64,000 nt of DNA from Gemmatimonadaceae bacterium (GTDB lineage Bacteria; Gemmatimonadota; Gemmatimonadetes; Gemmatimonadales; Gemmatimonadaceae): positions 1,867 to 65,866 of the forward strand of contig JBJMNK010000116.1 of NCBI GenBank assembly GCA_045804265.1, given 5' to 3'. Shown here piece after piece: positions 1-8,150 of this stretch. Numbering within the stretch: the stretch's first letter is position 1; each line of letters opens with the position of its first letter. The notes under the pieces were generated by a model that saw only the letters and a program-made list of their open reading frames with translations, was not told the origin of the DNA and ran no database searches. The translations under genes and the position numbers were made by a program.

Positions 1-941
1 TAGCGGCTCAGGATCGGCGCGTAGGCGTCGACGCGCCGGTCGCGGAGGAATGGCCAGTTGCGACGGATCGTCTCCATCAGCTTCGGATCGAGCGTCGCGG
101 TCAGGATTGCCTCCTCGGTCCCCGCCTCGGCGATCAGCCGGCCGAACGGGTCGCTGATGAACGAGTGACCGAAGAAGGTGATGCCGTTCGTGTTCGGCTC
201 GTCCTCGTGGCCGATGCGATTCGGCGAGGCGACGAAGATTCCATTCGCAATCGCGTGCGACCGCTGCATCGTCCGCCACGCTTCCACCTGCGCGTCGCCC
301 CACTCTGCCTTCTCGGCTGGGTGCCATCCGATCGCGGTCGGATAGAACAGCACGTCAGCCCCGAGCAGGCTGGTGATGCGCGCGGCCTCGGGGTACCACT
401 GGTCCCAGCAGATGAGGACCCCGACGTTGGCGTAGCGCGTCTTCCAGACGTGGAAGCCGCTGGCCTGCTTCGCCAGCCGTCCGATCTGGTCGGCGCGGTC
501 GTCGTGCGTGCCGTGAACGTTAGGCACGGCGTCGCCGGGGGTGAAGTAGTACTTCTCGTTGAAGAGCGGGTCGTCGGGGATGTGCATCTTGCGATACACG
601 CCCAGCAGCGAGCCATCGGCGTCGATGATCGCCGCCGAGTTGCGGTAGACGCCGGCCGCCTGACGCTCGAACAGCGGCACGATGATCACGACCGCGAGCT
701 CCTTCGCGATCTTCTGCATGGCGGTCGTGGTCGGACCGGGAATCGGCTCGGCGTAGTCGAAGCGCTCGCACTGCTGCGACTTGCAGAAGTACGGCGCGTT
801 GAAGAGCTCCTTGAGGCAGATGATCTTCGCGCCACGGGCGGCGGCCTCGCGCACCTGCGCGACGCCACGCTCCACGTTCGCCGCGACGTCATTCGTCGCC
901 GCGTCCTGGATGATGCCGATGGTGAACGGGGAGGTTGTCAT
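1..941 (-). CDS. aguB: N-carbamoylputrescine amidase (carbon-nitrogen hydrolase), 3' end outside window
   Basis: The minus-strand frame is open from the window edge to the ATG at 941-939. It is absent from the ORF track because its stop lies outside the window. My translation reads MTTSPFTIGIIQDAATNDV...LKELFNAPYFC...YRKMHIPDDPLFNEKYYFTPGD...NVGVLICWDQWYPEAAR. This is the typical CN-hydrolase Glu/Lys/Cys signature of AguB-type amidases. Confidence 0.85.
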   Translation of the reverse strand, partial: MTTSPFTIGIIQDAATNDVAANVERGVAQVREAAARGAKIICLKELFNAPYFCKSQQCERFDYAEPIPGPTTTAMQKIAKELAVVIIVPLFERQAAGVYRNSAAIIDADGSLLGVYRKMHIPDDPLFNEKYYFTPGDAVPNVHGTHDDRADQIGRLAKQASGFHVWKTRYANVGVLICWDQWYPEAARITSLLGADVLFYPTAIGWHPAEKAEWGDAQVEAWRTMQRSHAIANGIFVASPNRIGHEDEPNTNGITFFGHSFISDPFGRLIAEAGTEEAILTATLDPKLMETIRRNWPFLRDRRVDAYAPILSR

Positions 942-974
942 GAAAACAAAGCTATTAGCCTTTAGCCGTCAGCG

Positions 975-1009
975 GAAAGCCACCGCGGTGCGTCACCGCG
1001 GTGGCTTTC
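975..1009 (-). terminator. GC-rich hairpin downstream of the peroxiredoxin gene (terminator-like, no clear U-tract)
   Basis: Perfect 16-bp stem GAAAGCCACCGCGGTG / CACCGCGGTGGCTTTC with a 3-nt loop. It lies between the stop of the gene at 1051 and the start of aguB. Confidence 0.45.
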
Positions 1010-1050
1010 ACGCAACTTTGCCGCCGTCTCTCGACGCTGACAGTTAAAGG

Positions 1051-1680
1051 CTAACGGCCGGTTTTCTGTTTCACCGCGCTGTCCTTTGGCGCGAGCGCAT
1101 CGACCGCGGCCGCGAGGTCGGTGTAGGACTTGGGCAAGAGCTCCTTGAAGGGCTGCGCAGCGTAGGTGACGCGCCCATCCGGCCCGACCACGAAGAGGCT
1201 GCGGTCGTCGAGCTTGTACTGCTCGTTGTGCGCGCCGTAGCGACGACCGATGTCACCGGTGGGGTCGCTGGCGAAGAGCATCGGGAACTGTTCGTCGCGG
1301 GCCCAGCTGGCGAGCGCGGTGTCGGGGTCGACACTGATGCCGATCACGGTGACGTGACGGCCGTTGTTGAAGAGCGTGGCGTACTGATCACGGTACGCCT
1401 CCATTTGAATCGTTCAGCCCTTTGTCCGCGCCTTGTAGAAGAACGCGATCACCACCGTCTGTCCACGGTAGTCGGAGAGTCGAACGGGCGAGGCGAGCAG
1501 TCCATACCGCGTCGCACCACGAAGCTCGAAGTCGGGCGCGATGGTGCCCACCGTTATGACGGGAGCAGGCGCCGCCGGCGCGGCGGCCTGTGTCGGCTGT
1601 TGCGCATGCCCCGATCGCGCGGCGAGCAGGAGCGCGGCGGCGACGGCGGACGCCGCAAGACGATGAGAGATGATGGCCAT
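1051..1680 (-). CDS. Secreted PrxQ/BCP-type peroxiredoxin (AhpC/TSA family) with in-frame TGA (1414-1416) at the peroxidatic Cys position; probable selenoprotein
   Basis: Track ORFs 1414..2118(-) and 1051..1404(-) are in the same frame and separated only by TGA plus 9 nt. The joined product is MAIISHRLAASAVAAALLLAARSGHAQQ (signal peptide)...GTIAPDFELRG...LSDYRGQTVVIAFFYKARTKG-[TGA]-TIQMEAYRDQYATLFNNGRHVTVIGISVD...LFASDPTGDIGRRYG. This reproduces the Prx motif PxxxTxxC as YKARTKG-U. Confidence 0.7.
1378..1399 (-). promoter_or_regulatory. SECIS-like stem-loop downstream of the in-frame UGA
   Basis: In mRNA sense the structure is GGCGUAC-CGUGAUCA-GUACGCC, a 7-bp stem with an 8-nt loop containing GU. 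The stem starts 14 nt after the UGA, so the loop begins 21 nt downstream. This is within the spacing range described for bacterial SECIS elements. Confidence 0.5.
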
Positions 1681-1945
1681 TGATCCCGAGGTGAGGGTTG
1701 TCGAACACCGGATGATGTACGGCAAGCACCACGCGCGAAAGGGTCCGGAGGTCGCGATCCGCAGCTTCGAAGATAGGCGGCTAAGCGGGCTCGTCTGCGT
1801 CGCGGGACATCTTGAGTTACTGCTGAGGACGACACCCGCCGTTAAGGCCGGAAATAGCCGCACAACTTGCGGCATTGGCCCTGCCTTTACATGGCCCGTC
1901 GGCCGGGCTGTTCCGGCCCGGATCCAATCGAGGAGGGCTTCGATC

Positions 1946-2416
1946 ATGCGTTCGATCATCAAATACATCGCGATTCCTGCCGTCGTTCTCGCCGCGGCCT
2001 GCCAGAGCAAGGACGAGGCGAAGCTGGATGATTCGCTGAGCAAGGACCTCGCGCTCGCGTCACAGGTCCAGCCGTATCCGCAGCAGCAGTTCGTGTCGCC
2101 GCAGGAGATGGGATACAACGGCTACGGCCAGCCGCAGCAATATCAGGTCGCGCAGCGTGGTGGCTACTACCAGACCGCTCCCGTCTACTCGGCGCCGGCC
2201 CCGGTTCGCCGGACCTCGAGCGCGAGCCGGTCGAGCGGGACGACCGTCGCACGCCAGCCGGTCCGCAACACCAAGCGCGACGCCGTCATCGGTGCCGTCG
2301 GTGGAGCAGCGGTCGGCGCAGTGACGAGCCGTGACAAGGTGAAAGGCGCGATCATCGGCGCCGCGGCCGGCGGAATCCTTGGTGGGATCATCGGCCACAC
2401 GGTCGACACGCACTGA
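1946..2416 (+). CDS. Lipoprotein with C-terminal glycine-zipper domain
   Basis: AGGAGG lies 9 nt upstream of the ATG. The lipobox is MRSIIKYIAIPAVVLAAAC. The C-terminus reads AVIGAVGGAAVGAVTS...GAIIGAAAGGILGGIIGH. The longer track ORF from 1670 has no supporting features upstream. Confidence 0.7.
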   Translation: MRSIIKYIAIPAVVLAAACQSKDEAKLDDSLSKDLALASQVQPYPQQQFVSPQEMGYNGYGQPQQYQVAQRGGYYQTAPVYSAPAPVRRTSSASRSSGTTVARQPVRNTKRDAVIGAVGGAAVGAVTSRDKVKGAIIGAAAGGILGGIIGHTVDTH

Positions 2417-2561
2417 TCTCGGCGCCGTGGGAGGCTATGACACGGCGACGAGAGATGAGAGATACCGCGATCGAGAGATGAGCGACGAGAGAGGGGCGAT
2501 CCTCCTCCGATCACTCCGTTGAAATGACCGATCGTTGTAGAAATTCATGACAGCGCGGGAC

Positions 2562-2604
2562 GAAACGCCGCGGTGGCTCGGGGGTCGAGCCACCGCGGCG
2601 TTTC
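2562..2604 (+). terminator. Strong GC hairpin (19-bp stem) downstream of the glycine-zipper lipoprotein gene
   Basis: GAAACGCCGCGGTGGCTCG-GGGGT-CGAGCCACCGCGGCGTTTC, followed by GGCGTTC. Confidence 0.45.
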
Positions 2605-2699
2605 GGCGTTCGGGCGCGGCGGCGCGCCGCCGGCGGAAGGGTGACGAAGAGCGGGGTGGGGGAGTCTGATATCGGACCCTCGTGCCCCCGGAATCCATC

Positions 2700-3095
2700 A
2701 TGTCGCCGACGAGCGAAGCGCAGCTAAATCTCATCATCGAAAAGCTCGTGAAGGACGTGGAGCTGTCGGTGCATGCGATGTATCGCGGCGACGTCAGGCA
2801 GAACACCGCCAAGGTTCGCACCGATACGCACCGCCGCGCGGCGTACGAGGCACTGCGCCCGCTGATCGGCGAGGGAAGTGCGCCGGCAGGCGCCCCGCCC
2901 GCACTGCCTAACGGCGGCGGGCTGACGGCTGCCGAAGCGACCGCGATCATGCGCTGCGTCTCGGCCTGGCTGCCGATGGGCGCGCCGAGTGCCGCCGCAC
3001 CCGACTCCCGCTGCGTTGCGGCGGCGCGCGAGCTGTTCCCGACCTGGGGTGAGCGCGAGCTGGCGCGTCAGGCAGTCAAGCGCGTGCACGGATGA
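2700..3095 (+). CDS. Hypothetical protein (start 2700 ATG or 2682 GTG)
   Basis: Open frame with GC3-rich codon usage ending 4 nt before the kinase start. I recognise no family. Confidence 0.5.
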   Translation: MSPTSEAQLNLIIEKLVKDVELSVHAMYRGDVRQNTAKVRTDTHRRAAYEALRPLIGEGSAPAGAPPALPNGGGLTAAEATAIMRCVSAWLPMGAPSAAAPDSRCVAAARELFPTWGERELARQAVKRVHG

Positions 3096-3099
3096 TCGG

Positions 3100-4893
3100 A
3101 TGATCGAGCCACCGACGAAACCAACGCAGACGTCGCCTGACGCGCTGACGATGCATGCCGGGATAGCCGGCGTGTGCTCGGCGTGCGGCTCGAGGGTGAG
3201 CGACCCGATGCATCCATGCCCGAAGTGCGGGGCGGCCGTGTCCGGAGGCGGTTCACCCGTCGCGCAGAACGAACGGATGCGCGTGCGGTTGCAGGAGTCG
3301 GTCGGCGACAGCTACAAGCTGCTCGAGCTGCTCGGGCGCGGCGGGATGGGCATCGTCTTCCGTGCGCGCGAAGTCGCACTCGATCGCGATGTCGCACTCA
3401 AGGTGCTCGCGCTCGACCCGATCCTCGCACCGGACGCATACACGCGCTTCGAGCGTGAGGCGAAGATGGCGGCGCGGCTCGACCATCCGCACATCGTGCC
3501 GATCTTCGCCGTCGGGCAGCGGCAGAACGTTGCGTTCTACACGATGCGGCTCGTCCGCGGTGGAAGCCTCGAGGACCTGATCGGCGCGGGGAAGCAGATC
3601 TCGCTCGATCATGTCGTGAAGCTGCTCAAGGAAGTCGCGGCCGCGCTCGATCATGCACACCGGCAGGGAATCGTCCATCGCGACATCAAGCCGGCGAACG
3701 TGCTCCTCAGCGAGAGCGGGCACGCGATGGTTGCCGACTTCGGAATCGCCAAGGCGCTGAGCAACACCGATAACGGGGCGACGGGCACAGGCATCATCGG
3801 GTCGCCGGGGTACATGTCACCCGAGCAGTGGCGAGGCGCGGACATCGATGGGCGCGCCGACCAGTACTCGTTAGGCATCGTCGCCTACGAGATGCTCACC
3901 GGGCGCCGCCCGTTCGAGACGCCGCAGGTGCAGGACCTGCTTCGGATGCACTTGTCGGCCGAGATGCCGCCGCTGTCGCACTCGCGTCCGGGACTTCCCG
4001 AGGGGGTGGATGAAGCGCTCCGTCGCGCGCTCTCGAAGGATCCTGCCCAGCGCTTTTCGACGGTCACGGCGTTCGTCGATGCGCTCGCCGGGCTGCGTCC
4101 GGCGAGCGTGGGCGCAACCCAGCGCGGCCCGCGCTACGACAAGCGGTCAGCCGCAGCGGCGCCGAAGCGCAGCCTCGTCGGCGCACTCGTGCCGATCGCG
4201 CTGATCGCGGCGGTGGGAGCGGCGTTCGTGTTCCCGCAGACGAGGGACCCGATCATGCTGGCGCTGCAGCCGGCGATCGTGTCGGTCGAGGGGATGGCGG
4301 GTGTTCGCGATGCGGGCCCGGTGACGCCGGATTCGGTCGCCGCCCGCGACAGCATCGCGCTCGCCGCGCAGCTCGCGCAGCACGACAGCCTCGCCAGCGC
4401 CGCCGGCGTGACGACAGCCGCGGTGATGGGAGGCGATACGCTGGCCCTTCGCGACTCGGCCGGCCGCGGCACATTGGCGCCGGCGCCGATCGGCCTCGAC
4501 ACCTCGCTCGTTGCGATGGCCGCAACGCGAACTGCGCCGCGCATGCAGTACGGCTGGCTGCGGATCGTGATCAACGGCGGAACGGCGCCGGCGAAGATCG
4601 ACGGCGTACGCCAAGGCTCGACTCCGATCATGCGCCGCGTCGAGGAAGGCGAGCACCTCGTTACAGTCGAAGGCGCGGGCGATTCGTTCCTTCCGTCGCA
4701 GATCACGGTCACCGTCTCCGCGGGCGACACGGCGACTGCGGTGTTCGCGACACCGGACGCGATGCGACGCGCGAAGAGCGCACGTGGCGCGATCGACAGT
4801 ACTGCACCGGTGCCGGCTTCGTCGCCCGGTGCGGCGGCGGCCGGGACGCCCGTGAGCGCGCCCGTGGACAGCGCCGCGCACCCCCCGCGCTGA
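3100..4893 (+). CDS. Ser/Thr protein kinase with N-terminal zinc-ribbon, TM segment and C-terminal PEGA-like domain
   Basis: Zinc-ribbon CSACG...CPKCG. Kinase motifs GRGGMGIVF, VALKVL, HRDIKPANVLL, DFGIAK and GSPGYMSPEQ. TM segment LVGALVPIALIAAVGAAFVF. C-terminal region GWLRIVINGG...GEHLVTVEG...ITVTVSAGDTA. The upstream part of track ORF 2989.. overlaps the preceding gene and was rejected. Confidence 0.9.
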   Translation: MIEPPTKPTQTSPDALTMHAGIAGVCSACGSRVSDPMHPCPKCGAAVSGGGSPVAQNERMRVRLQESVGDSYKLLELLGRGGMGIVFRAREVALDRDVALKVLALDPILAPDAYTRFEREAKMAARLDHPHIVPIFAVGQRQNVAFYTMRLVRGGSLEDLIGAGKQISLDHVVKLLKEVAAALDHAHRQGIVHRDIKPANVLLSESGHAMVADFGIAKALSNTDNGATGTGIIGSPGYMSPEQWRGADIDGRADQYSLGIVAYEMLTGRRPFETPQVQDLLRMHLSAEMPPLSHSRPGLPEGVDEALRRALSKDPAQRFSTVTAFVDALAGLRPASVGATQRGPRYDKRSAAAAPKRSLVGALVPIALIAAVGAAFVFPQTRDPIMLALQPAIVSVEGMAGVRDAGPVTPDSVAARDSIALAAQLAQHDSLASAAGVTTAAVMGGDTLALRDSAGRGTLAPAPIGLDTSLVAMAATRTAPRMQYGWLRIVINGGTAPAKIDGVRQGSTPIMRRVEEGEHLVTVEGAGDSFLPSQITVTVSAGDTATAVFATPDAMRRAKSARGAIDSTAPVPASSPGAAAAGTPVSAPVDSAAHPPR

Positions 4894-4981
4894 CGCATCC
4901 TCTCGCGGCGGTTCAGCAGAGGGCACGCTTCTGGCGCTTGCGTCCATCGAGCAGCCACCTGGTGAACCTCTCAGGAACCGA

Positions 4982-5689
4982 ATGTCGAACGACGAGCAGT
5001 CATCTTTCCCCGACCTCCCAGCGGGCGGGGCTTCGATGCCCGGCAACGCCGAGCGGCGAAGCGCACGCCATGTCGCGAATCGCGCCTACATGGCGATCAA
5101 GGCGCAGCGCGCCGCCGATCGCACTCGCGTCGAGGACATCGCCGAGTCGCTGAACGAGTTCGCATCGTCGACGCCGTTCCTGATCTTTCACGCAATCTGG
5201 TTCCTCATCTGGCTGCCCTGGAACATCGGCGCGTTTCGACCGATCGGGCTCGAGCCGTTCGATCCGTATCCGTTCGGTCTTCTCACGATGATCGTCTCGC
5301 TCGAGGCGATCTTCCTTTCGATCTTCGTCCTGCTCGCGCAGAAGCGGGAAGCAGCGATCGCCGAGCTGCGCGAGGAGCTCTCGCTGCAGGTTGGGCTCTG
5401 GACGGAACAGGAAGTGACGAAGACGCTGCAGCTGGTGACGGGCCTCTATCGCCGACTCGGACATCCGCTCGCCGAGGACGTGGAGCTGCGGCAGATGCTT
5501 GGCCCACTCGACGTCCACGGAATCGAGGCGAGACTGCTCGCCGAAATCGACTCGTCGAGCAGGAGTCGCTCTAGCTCCGGCCCGTCGATCTCGAAGCCGG
5601 AGCGCGCGAAAGCCGAGACGAGGCCGTCGCCTGACGCTGCGCCTGCGGCTGCGTCGCCGATCCCGCCGGCGAACTTGCCACCGCTGTGA
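4982..5689 (+). CDS. DUF1003 family membrane protein
   Basis: The core FASSTPFLIFHAIWFLIWLPWNIG...DPYPFGLLTMIVSLEAIFLSIFVLLAQ is typical of DUF1003. The low-complexity C-terminal tail overlaps the convergent lipid kinase gene. Confidence 0.75.
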   Translation: MSNDEQSSFPDLPAGGASMPGNAERRSARHVANRAYMAIKAQRAADRTRVEDIAESLNEFASSTPFLIFHAIWFLIWLPWNIGAFRPIGLEPFDPYPFGLLTMIVSLEAIFLSIFVLLAQKREAAIAELREELSLQVGLWTEQEVTKTLQLVTGLYRRLGHPLAEDVELRQMLGPLDVHGIEARLLAEIDSSSRSRSSSGPSISKPERAKAETRPSPDAAPAAASPIPPANLPPL

Positions 5690-6578
5690 CGAGCTGCAGC
5701 GCGGCGGGCACGCACTCGACGCGGAGCTCGGGGCTGCGTGCGTCATGCAGCTCGCCGTCCACCTGGAAGCGAGGAGCGGTGACGAAGCGCAAGGTGAACG
5801 TGGCGCGCCTAACGGTCTTCACCGCGTCCACCGATAGGTGACGTCCGGCCATCACCGAGTGGAAGACGAGCAGGCGTCGCAGTACCGGCACGTCCTCGAC
5901 GGTGACGAGGTCGATCATCCCGTCATCGGGACGCGCACCCGGCGCGATCGGGAGCCCGCCGCCATAGCGAAAGCCATTGGCAGCAACCGCGAGCAGCAGG
6001 GGGCGAGGCCCGTTGCCGTCGCCGGGGTCGAACTCGACCGCGCGATAGCGGAAGATCTGCTGCAGTGCCGCCAGCCGATATCGCAACGCACCGCGAACGA
6101 CACGCTCGATCCCGCTCAACTTCTGCAGCGCCTCGAGGACGCCGACATCGAAGCCGAAGCCGGCGACGTTGAGGGCGTGGCGCCCGTCGACGCGGAGCGT
6201 GTCGACCGCACGCACGGGCCCCTCGACCGCAAGGCGCGCGAGCGTGACCCACGCGCGCGACGTCCCGCCGATCGAGGCGACGAAGTCGTTGCCGGTGCCG
6301 CCCGCGAGGAGAAGGACGCGGCAGCTCGCGCCGGCGCCGGCGTCGACGATCGCGCCGGTCGCCTTGCTCCACGTCCCGTCGCCGCCGAGGATCGCGATCG
6401 TGTCCGCGCCGGCATCGAGTGCGCGCCTGACGCTGCGCACCTCGTCGCCGGGCGCGGTCGTGAGGATCGTCTCGCGGGCACCGACACCGTCGAAGGCGCG
6501 CCTAACGGTGGGAAGGAGGCGCGCCGCGAGGCCGCCACCGGCGGCGGGATTGGCGATGAGATAAATCGAGCGAGGCAC
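5571..6578 (-). CDS. Diacylglycerol/lipid kinase family protein (YegS/LCB5-like)
   Basis: MPRSIYLIANPAAGGG...TIAILGGDGTWSKA...LLAGGTGNDFVASIG matches DAGK catalytic domain motifs. Confidence 0.85.
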   Translation of the reverse strand: MPRSIYLIANPAAGGGLAARLLPTVRRAFDGVGARETILTTAPGDEVRSVRRALDAGADTIAILGGDGTWSKATGAIVDAGAGASCRVLLLAGGTGNDFVASIGGTSRAWVTLARLAVEGPVRAVDTLRVDGRHALNVAGFGFDVGVLEALQKLSGIERVVRGALRYRLAALQQIFRYRAVEFDPGDGNGPRPLLLAVAANGFRYGGGLPIAPGARPDDGMIDLVTVEDVPVLRRLLVFHSVMAGRHLSVDAVKTVRRATFTLRFVTAPRFQVDGELHDARSPELRVECVPAALQLVTAVASSPAGSATQPQAQRQATASSRLSRAPASRSTGRS

Positions 6579-6701
6579 GCGGTGACGTAACGCGGCGCGC
6601 TCGAGCGGGGCAAGAGGGACGACGTTCCTGTGCCGTAGATCACGTGCAGTGCCCGCGGATACACCGCGGGCAACAGGAGGCGCGAGAACGACGAGGCGCT
6701 G

Positions 6702-7274
6702 CTACTTCGCCTGGTACTTCGCGGCGAGCTTGCGAACGGTGGTCACGTTGCGAAAGGTCGCGGGTGAAGCGAGGAGTTTCTCGAGGCGGGCACCGGAGAA
6801 TTTCGAGTCGCTGGTTCGCGTACGGCAGAGCCAGAAGACTTCGCGGCCGACGATGCGGAAGTCGTCGATCTCGCTCACGTGCGCTTGCAGCTTCGTGAGC
6901 GCCGCTGATGAGGGAGCGGACTTCACGAAGCCGACCGAGAGCGTGTGGCCATCATCGAGTGGATCGGTGGCACCGAACGGTTGCTGCGCGACGACCGCGG
7001 CGAGCTCCGTCGGCGCGCGAAGAAAGGTTGCGACCTCGTAGCCCAGCTTCTTCGCGAGCTGGTGCTCGATCTCCTCTTCGAGCGACGTTGCACCGCCGGT
7101 GGGCGCGTCGAAGATCACGTTGCCGCTGGCGATGAACGTCTCGACGTTCGCGAGGCGCAGCGACTCGAAGTGCGTGCGCAACGCGTCCATCTTCACGACG
7201 TGGCCGCCGACGTTGATCGCGCGAAGAAAGGCGATGTAGCGTGTCAGCCCCGCGGCGGACTTTCTCGGGCTCAT
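6702..7274 (-). CDS. DUF1697 domain protein
   Basis: YIAFLRAINVGGHVVKMDALR...FIASGNVIF...TFRNVTTVRKL is characteristic of DUF1697. Confidence 0.8.
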   Translation of the reverse strand: MSPRKSAAGLTRYIAFLRAINVGGHVVKMDALRTHFESLRLANVETFIASGNVIFDAPTGGATSLEEEIEHQLAKKLGYEVATFLRAPTELAAVVAQQPFGATDPLDDGHTLSVGFVKSAPSSAALTKLQAHVSEIDDFRIVGREVFWLCRTRTSDSKFSGARLEKLLASPATFRNVTTVRKLAAKYQAK

Positions 7275-7310
7275 GGCGATCGTGGCTCGGCGGTGATGGT
7301 GCGCGGAGCG

Positions 7311-8132
7311 TCAGGCAGCGCCGCGCGCGGCGTGGCTCTCGATCGCGACATCGAACGCCTCGACGAGCCCCGCATCGTCGACGTGACCAACGGTGCGGCG
7401 GGCGATCGTGAGCACGCTGGCGTCGGCGTTGGCCATCGCGACCGGATGGCCGACGGCACGGAGCGCGGCGAGGTCGTTGTTCCCGTCGCCGACGAACATG
7501 ACGTCCTCGAGCGGGACGTCGTATTGCGCGGCGATCGATCGTACGGCCCGCGCCTTGTCGACGCCGGGTGCCGTCATGTTCACGAAGCAGGTATCGGGCA
7601 TCACCGGCGACGTCGACGCCGAGCGCTCGAGCGCGCCCGTCTCGTCGGCGAGCGCTGCGTCCTCCTCGTCGAGCGCGACGAGCCACTGGGCGCGGACGAT
7701 CGTTCCTTCGAGCGACTCGAACGGACGCGGCTCGAAGGGAACGCCGAGCAGGCGCGCGTGCTCGCGCGCACGCGGCGCCGTACTCTCGACCGCGTACGCG
7801 GAATCGGTGTAGAGCTCGAGGATCCGGCCGATGCTGCGCGCACGCTCGATGAGCGCACCAACCGACGCGCGTGGCAGTGGCGTGGAAAGCGATTGCGCGG
7901 TGGCGAGGTGGAGGACGCTCGCGCCATTCTGGAAGACGTGCCAGCCGTCGGCGTCGAGGCGTCGCGCGTAGCCGAGCGTGTCGCCAAAGGCGGGCCGGCC
8001 GGTACAGATCGCGAGGTGGATCTTCGCCGCACGGACGCGCTTCGCTCCTTCCCAGACGGCGGGGAGGACCGTACCTGACGAGCCGACGAGCGTCCCATCG
8101 ACGTCGGTGAACACGAGCTTGATCATGCCCAC
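7311..8132 (-). CDS. Cof-type HAD-IIB family hydrolase
   Basis: Motif I is LVFTDVDGTL. The C-terminal motif is FVGDGNNDLAALRAVGHPVAMANA. Confidence 0.85.
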   Translation of the reverse strand: MGMIKLVFTDVDGTLVGSSGTVLPAVWEGAKRVRAAKIHLAICTGRPAFGDTLGYARRLDADGWHVFQNGASVLHLATAQSLSTPLPRASVGALIERARSIGRILELYTDSAYAVESTAPRAREHARLLGVPFEPRPFESLEGTIVRAQWLVALDEEDAALADETGALERSASTSPVMPDTCFVNMTAPGVDKARAVRSIAAQYDVPLEDVMFVGDGNNDLAALRAVGHPVAMANADASVLTIARRTVGHVDDAGLVEAFDVAIESHAARGAA

Positions 8133-8150
8133 AGTCTAACGGCTGTCGGC

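Noticed and set aside
165-965. 266-aa + strand ORF, plus 134..616 and others, overlapping the aguB region
   Set aside because: These are antisense shadow ORFs typical of GC-rich DNA. Their products are Arg/Val/Asp-rich with no motifs, whereas the minus-strand frame gives a clear CN-hydrolase.
1414-1416. TGA in the peroxiredoxin as a simple nonsense mutation or pseudogene, or as two separate genes
   Set aside because: The codon sits precisely at the catalytic Cys position. Both halves keep intact family motifs in one frame, and a SECIS-like hairpin follows. A pseudogene cannot be excluded without the rest of the genome (sel genes).
5571-5689. Convergent CDS overlaps (5571-5689, 18821-18859, 51123-51131) and the same-strand overlap 28844-28883 as possible antisense regulation
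   Set aside because: They are most simply explained by low-complexity C-terminal tails or uncertain termini in compact GC-rich genomes. There is no specific evidence of function.
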